Source: an uncultured Bilophila sp.
GTDB taxonomy: Bacteria > Desulfobacterota > Desulfovibrionia > Desulfovibrionales > Desulfovibrionaceae
Reading direction: 5' to 3'
Length of the DNA: 62,261 bases
Assembly (NCBI GenBank): GCA_959604115.1
Contig: CAUHBW010000001.1
Coordinates: 1 to 62,261 of the forward strand
Of this stretch, positions 57,485 through 62,261 are shown in pieces. Every line of letters begins with the position of its first letter. The stretch's first letter is position 1. A program made the translations under genes and the position numbers. The notes under the pieces are model-generated. The model made no database searches, was not told the origin of the DNA, and worked only from the letters and a program-made list of their open reading frames with translations.

Positions 57485-58498
57485 ATGAAAGCCACCTGCC
57501 TTTGGAGCTGCTTCCTCTGCCTGTCCGTTTTCGCAGGCGCCGCCCTCGCATACCCGACGTATACCGGGCCGGCCCTGCGCTGCCGCATCGCCAATTCTTG
57601 TCCTTCCGGGCACCACACCACGCTGGCCCTGAAACGATTCGCGGAACTGGCGGCGGAACGCTCCGGCAACAAAATCACCATCGCGCTGTTTCCCAACAAC
57701 ATTCTGGGAAACGACGCCGCCATGCTCAGGGAGGTATTGCGGGGGAACCTTGAAATGGCCTCCTGCACCAGCTCCAACCTGACGTCGACGATCCCGTCGC
57801 TCATGGTGTTCGACCTGCCGTACATCACCGACGGGAACCATCAGGAAGCCCTCTACGCGTCCCTCGACACGGGGCCGCTCGGGGCCTTCTTTCAAAAGAA
57901 ATTCGACGAGGCGGGACTCCGGCCGATCATGTACAACGAGTACGGATACCGGGATTTCTTCAGCACGCGAAAGCCGATCCGCTCTCCGAAGGATTTGGTG
58001 GGACTTCGTATCAGAACGACATGTTCGCCGGTCGAGGCCGAGGTCGCCAAAGCTCTCGGCATGCGCCCCCTTCCCCTCGCCTGGTGGGAAACCCACGATG
58101 CGCTCAAACGGGACGTCGTGGACGCCGAGGGCAACGTGCTCTCGATCCTCCGGGACGCGGGGCACGCGGACACGCTGCGGTACGGCTATCTGTCCCGTCA
58201 CAACTACGCGATGCACATCCTGAGCGCCAATTCGGTATGGTGGAACGGGCTGGACCCGCAGGCCAAACGCCTGCTGCGGGAAGCGGCGAAGGACGCCCTG
58301 CGCCATCAGCGCACAATTCTGGTGCCCCAGTCGGAACCGCAGGCCCGCGAGCGGCTTGAGGCTCTCGGCGTCCGCATCGTCGAGCCGACGCCGGAACAGC
58401 TTGCGGAACTGAAACGGAAGACCCGGCCCGTATGGGAACTGTTCGGCGATTCCGTACCGCAAGAACTCATCGAACTCGTTCTCGAAACGCAGAAGTAA
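57485..58498 (+). CDS. dctP: Orphan TRAP substrate-binding protein, diverged paralog of 20917..21936
   Basis: Y.GP....R.A...P.G.H.TLA, FDLPYIT, YGYR, GLRIRTT.SPVE.EVAKALGM, EGN, HNY.M, TRPVW, VL.TQK shared with the paralog. Confidence 0.88.
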   Translation: MKATCLWSCFLCLSVFAGAALAYPTYTGPALRCRIANSCPSGHHTTLALKRFAELAAERSGNKITIALFPNNILGNDAAMLREVLRGNLEMASCTSSNLTSTIPSLMVFDLPYITDGNHQEALYASLDTGPLGAFFQKKFDEAGLRPIMYNEYGYRDFFSTRKPIRSPKDLVGLRIRTTCSPVEAEVAKALGMRPLPLAWWETHDALKRDVVDAEGNVLSILRDAGHADTLRYGYLSRHNYAMHILSANSVWWNGLDPQAKRLLREAAKDALRHQRTILVPQSEPQARERLEALGVRIVEPTPEQLAELKRKTRPVWELFGDSVPQELIELVLETQK

Positions 58499-58525
58499 GG
58501 CCGCCTCCCTCAACGGGCCCCGCCC

Positions 58526-58557
58526 AAAGAAAAAGGGCACCCTTTCGGATGCCCCTT
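58526..58557 (-). terminator. Intrinsic terminator after the diguanylate cyclase gene
   Basis: GGGCATCC-gaaa-GGGTGCCC-TTTTTCTTT on the - strand. Confidence 0.7.
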
Positions 58558-58577
58558 CCAATCGTTTGCCGACCGCC

Positions 58578-60260
58578 TCAATAACGGTCGTCTTCGAGCG
58601 AAACCACGACGTCCATGTTCTGTTCGATCCACCGCTTGATCCGCTCGTGGGCTTCCTTGCGCTGCGTCCGCTTTTCCTTGAGCATGTTCCGGTCGGCCTC
58701 CACGAGAATGGTGGAGGCGGGCACGTCGGGCGTGTCCGCGCAGGCCAGCCCGAAGGAAACCAGCGCGGGCATCTGGTCGGAACAGGCGTTGTGCCGGTCG
58801 AAGTTGCCCCGCACCTTCATGAGGATCTCCTCGGCCTTGTCCCGGGGGCAGGAAGGCAGGAGGATGACGATTTCGTCGCCGCCCATCCGGGCCACGCAGT
58901 CGGAAGTGCGCACGCCTTCCTTGCACAGCACCGACACGGTCTGGAGGAGCTTGTCCCCGGCGAGGTGGCCCATGTAGTCGTTGACCAGCTTCAACCCGTT
59001 GACGTCGCAGGAAATGACGCTCAAGGGCCGAATTTCCTTGTTCTCGATGTTCGCCAGCTTGATGTCGAAGTACGTCCGGCTGTGCAGACCCGTCAGCGCG
59101 TCGTTCTGGGCGAGGTTTTCGAAATATTCCCGGTCCGCCTGCGAGGCCGTGATGTTGGTGTGCAGCCCCACGATGCGCGTGGCCCGGCCGTTCGCGTCAC
59201 GGTGCGTCACGTAGCCGCGGCCGAGAATCCATGCGTACGTCCCGTCGACGCGCATCAGGCGGTAGGTGCACTCGAACGTGTCCCCGTACTTCGGGGAGTC
59301 CGCCAGCTTGCGCTGCGGCTCCACGATCTTCTTGAAGTCCTCGGGATGGATTTTCGCCTTCCACGTTTCGAGGTTGCCGGGGAACTGCTCCGAGGTGTAG
59401 CCGAGCATGGAAAGCCAGCGGGGGCTGTAGTACACTTCGTCGGTGATGGGGTTCCAGTCCCACAGCCCGTCCCCGGCGGCGTTGATCGCGGAGAGCAGGG
59501 AGCCGTTTTCCGGCTTCTGCATTTCCTGCCGCGTCTCGATGAAGTCGGAACTCTGCAAGGTGCCCGACAGGCTGCGCGCCCGGCCGAACCTGTCCCGATC
59601 GATGACGGATCCGCGCAGAAGCAGCTTCGTATACGTGCCGTCTTCCCGGAGAACCCGGAGGTCGTCGGTGATCTCGTCGCCGAACAGAGGCTGTTCGAAA
59701 ACGAGCTGATACCGGCAGGTGGTGCCGCGATCTTCGGGATGCAGGCGTTTTTTCCACTCGTCCAGCCCGATGATATGGGAAACGGCCTCGGGATACCCGA
59801 GCAGAAGCGAGCTCTTGCCGTCGAACCGCACCGTACGCTCCTCCAGCGAACAGACCCAGAAGCCGATCTGCCCCTTGGTCGTCGTACTCACGGGAGGAAT
59901 GTAGGAAAGGGTGCCGGAGGAAATTTCATATTGGCCGAACAGCCGGATCGCCCGCCCCGTTTCGTCCCGTTCCAGCACGAAAAGCCGTTCGCGGACGAAC
60001 AGGCTCTCCACGGGGTACGCGGTTTCCAGAAAACTCTTTTCCCCGGCAATCACGCCTTCGCGCAGTTCGCAGAGGGATTGCAGACACCCTTCGGGAGTAT
60101 GGGAAAGGAATTCGCCCATGGTGGCGGGTTCCATGCCCAACGCCGCCCGGGCTCCCCTGCTGAGAAAAAGCCGGTCCGTGGGGATATGCCACTCCCACAG
60201 TCTCTCGGATGATTCAAGGAGGAACGAAGGGAGTCTTTCGGAAGATGCTTTCTGGGACAT
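58578..60260 (-). CDS. PAS/PAC-GGDEF diguanylate cyclase
   Basis: Repeated PAS_3-type W.W....D..../HPED motifs; DALTGL.SR, DVNGLK.VND.MGH..GD, I-site RTSD, RMGGDEI. Confidence 0.92.
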   Translation of the reverse strand: MSQKASSERLPSFLLESSERLWEWHIPTDRLFLSRGARAALGMEPATMGEFLSHTPEGCLQSLCELREGVIAGEKSFLETAYPVESLFVRERLFVLERDETGRAIRLFGQYEISSGTLSYIPPVSTTTKGQIGFWVCSLEERTVRFDGKSSLLLGYPEAVSHIIGLDEWKKRLHPEDRGTTCRYQLVFEQPLFGDEITDDLRVLREDGTYTKLLLRGSVIDRDRFGRARSLSGTLQSSDFIETRQEMQKPENGSLLSAINAAGDGLWDWNPITDEVYYSPRWLSMLGYTSEQFPGNLETWKAKIHPEDFKKIVEPQRKLADSPKYGDTFECTYRLMRVDGTYAWILGRGYVTHRDANGRATRIVGLHTNITASQADREYFENLAQNDALTGLHSRTYFDIKLANIENKEIRPLSVISCDVNGLKLVNDYMGHLAGDKLLQTVSVLCKEGVRTSDCVARMGGDEIVILLPSCPRDKAEEILMKVRGNFDRHNACSDQMPALVSFGLACADTPDVPASTILVEADRNMLKEKRTQRKEAHERIKRWIEQNMDVVVSLEDDRY

Positions 60261-61131
60261 GATGATCCTTGCATAAGAATATCGCCGCGGCAAAAGGGCC
60301 GGAAGGCTTTGGGAAAGAAGCGGCCATCCGAGGCTTCGCACGAAACGGAAACCGGGCCTCTTCGCGGGCTGCGCGAAAGAAACGCCGCAACGGGAAAGGA
60401 GAAGGCACCTTTGCCTCCGCTTCGCCGTCAGCGACTCTTATATAAAAAAGAATGCGAACCTGATAGTCCTTTTACGCCGCATTCCCCAAAATGTGATTTC
60501 ATAAAACGACGCTTTCTTCACAACAGGCGATTGAAAACTTCAAAAACGGATCTTTTTCACGCCCAAACCTTTCCATACAGCAAAAACCATTCCGACGTCC
60601 ATTTCTGACGACACCCCCGCCAAACCGCGAAACAGCCCCAAAAAATACGAAATTTCCGTCCCCCGAAACACCGGACGAAACGTCCAGCTTGCCGTGGGCG
60701 CTTCGGTTCTACAGGACGAATCCTTCCATGTCATTGATTATACTTGCCTCATACCCCGAAAAGAGCCGTCGGATCGCAGGCGGCAGACCGTATCCCCGAC
60801 GCCGAGCCCCCGAAACGCTTTCGGCTGCACGGCGGGGCGAAGGCTCCCGGACGAATCGCGACCTCCTGAAAAACAATCCGCAAGCCGTTGCCGGTCAGCC
60901 CCATCTCCGCGTTCGGCATCCACCCGCCCGCTGCGAAAGCCGGTTCTTTTCCACGGATGGCCTTGTCTGTCGGCGTGTTGCACGTATCGGCGCGAAAAAC
61001 CGCCTTGCCCTCTCCCCGCTTCTATGTCAGGAGTCGAAAGACATGAGAAAAGCCCGCCGGGCGACCCTGCGGCGTCGCGGCGCCTCCCGCCGGGCTTCCC
61101 GTTCCCAACGGCCCAACAACCAGGAAAGACG

Positions 61132-62261
61132 ATGGAACTTACCACTGAATCCGTACTGGCCCTTGCGCCGGACGATTCTTCGGTCAAGGCGGCGCGCGGG
61201 CTGGTCGCTCCCGGCAAATGGCCCTCCCTCGGCTTCGACGACGCTGTGGTGTGGGGCGAATGCAAGGGCAGCGGCGCGAAACCGTATCAGGTCGAGGTCG
61301 AACTCTCCGGCCCGACCTTCAAATGCAGCTGCCCGAGCCGCAAATTTCCCTGCAAGCACGCGCTGGCCCTGCTTCTCCTGCGCATCGCGCACGAAACCTC
61401 GTTCTCGCGCGGCGAAGCCCCGGACTGGGTGAAGGAGTGGCTGGACTCCCGCCGGAACCGCGCCGCCAAACAGGAAGAAAAAAAGGAAAAGGGGCAGCCC
61501 GCCGATCCCGCCGCGGCAGCCAGGCGCGAAGCCTCGCGCCTCAAGCGTATGGCCGCCGGGCTGGACGATCTGGAACGCTGGATGTGCGACGTCGTGCGCC
61601 ACGGCCTCGACCAGCTCGAAAACGACGGCCAGCGGATCGCGGAAATGGCGGCCCGCATGGTGGACGCCCAGCTCCCCGGCGTCGCGGCCCGCCTGCGCGC
61701 CCTGCACGGCGTCACCTTCTCCCGGAGCAGCTGGACGCCCGACGACTGGACGCAAATCCTGCTGGCCCAGTTCGGACAGATGCAACTCCTCATCGACGCG
61801 TTCCGGCGCATCGACGCCCTTTCCCACGCCGAACAGCAGGATGTCCGCGCCGCCCTCGGACTGGCTCCGGACAAGGATAGCGTACTCGCTTCCGGCGAAC
61901 GCGTGCGGGACGACTGGCTGGTGCTCGGCGTGAGCTATCTCGAGGAGGGCAAACTGTGGAGCCGCCGCGTCTGGCTGCGCGGGCGGGCCAGCGGACGCAC
62001 GGCCCTCCTGCTGGACTTCTCGCACGGCGGAAAACAGTTCGAGCAGTCGTTCCTCCCCGGAAGCCTCGTCGCCATGCCGCTGGCCTTCTATCCGGGCGCG
62101 GCTCCGCTGCGGGCCCTCGCCGCCGAAGCTCCCGCCCTGTCCGGCACGGCCCCCATCCCCACCGTCTCCCTGCGCGCCGCACTGGAGGACATGGCCAGGA
62201 CGGTCGCCGCACAACCGTGGCTGTGGCCCCTGCCCATGCTGGTCAGCGACGGCGTGCCCTC
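61132..62261 (+). CDS. SWIM zinc-finger protein (truncated by the window end; absent from the ORF track)
   Basis: Manual translation: MELTTESVLALAPDDSS.KAARGL...WGECKGSGAKPYQV....FKCSCPSRKFPCKHALALLL; reading frame appears open to the edge. Confidence 0.88.
   Translation, partial: MELTTESVLALAPDDSSVKAARGLVAPGKWPSLGFDDAVVWGECKGSGAKPYQVEVELSGPTFKCSCPSRKFPCKHALALLLLRIAHETSFSRGEAPDWVKEWLDSRRNRAAKQEEKKEKGQPADPAAAARREASRLKRMAAGLDDLERWMCDVVRHGLDQLENDGQRIAEMAARMVDAQLPGVAARLRALHGVTFSRSSWTPDDWTQILLAQFGQMQLLIDAFRRIDALSHAEQQDVRAALGLAPDKDSVLASGERVRDDWLVLGVSYLEEGKLWSRRVWLRGRASGRTALLLDFSHGGKQFEQSFLPGSLVAMPLAFYPGAAPLRALAAEAPALSGTAPIPTVSLRAALEDMARTVAAQPWLWPLPMLVSDGVP

Noticed and set aside
55484..58498. 1004-aa ORF suggesting a large fusion
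   Set aside because: Stop-free off-frame read-through across tetR and MATE in GC-rich DNA. Only the last 337 codons (DctP, own RBS and ATG at 57485) are real.
58578..60260. GGDEI instead of GGDEF as a sign of an inactive cyclase
   Set aside because: The catalytic GGDE, metal-binding Asp and N..GH..GD residues are intact, and a change at the last position is not diagnostic.
1..62261. CRISPR array, rRNA or anti-phage defence genes
   Set aside because: No regularly spaced repeats, rRNA signatures or recognisable defence domains were seen.

Overview
A 62 kb GC-rich bacterial window, inferred from gene content to come from an anaerobic Desulfovibrionaceae member (Bilophila-like). It opens with housekeeping genes (partial aroE, a GT9 LPS heptosyltransferase, tRNA-Ser(CGA), tRNA-Leu(GAG)). 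Most of the rest is a mosaic of regulator + transporter + enzyme modules, including three TRAP systems plus two extra dctP copies, two tripartite tricarboxylate transporters, two GltS-like symporters and two sigma54 activators. The most notable loci are: (1) an unassigned glycyl radical enzyme with a CutC-like but altered active site, in an operon with its activase, a cupin, TRAP and IclR (40.5-48.3 kb); (2) an AprA/AsfA-like flavoprotein paired with a split AprB/AsfB-type ferredoxin that carries an inserted GltD-like NAD(P)H module, plus TTT and GntR (24.1-31.3 kb); (3) a sigma54 operon with an active and a probably dead NodB/PuuE-type hydrolase pair and two SDRs (34.6-39.9 kb); and (4) a multi-TM LuxR one-component regulator. 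Eroded IS5-family remnants flank a module next to tRNA-Leu, and a SWIM-finger gene runs off the right edge. All assignments come from motif reading and recall, with no database searches.
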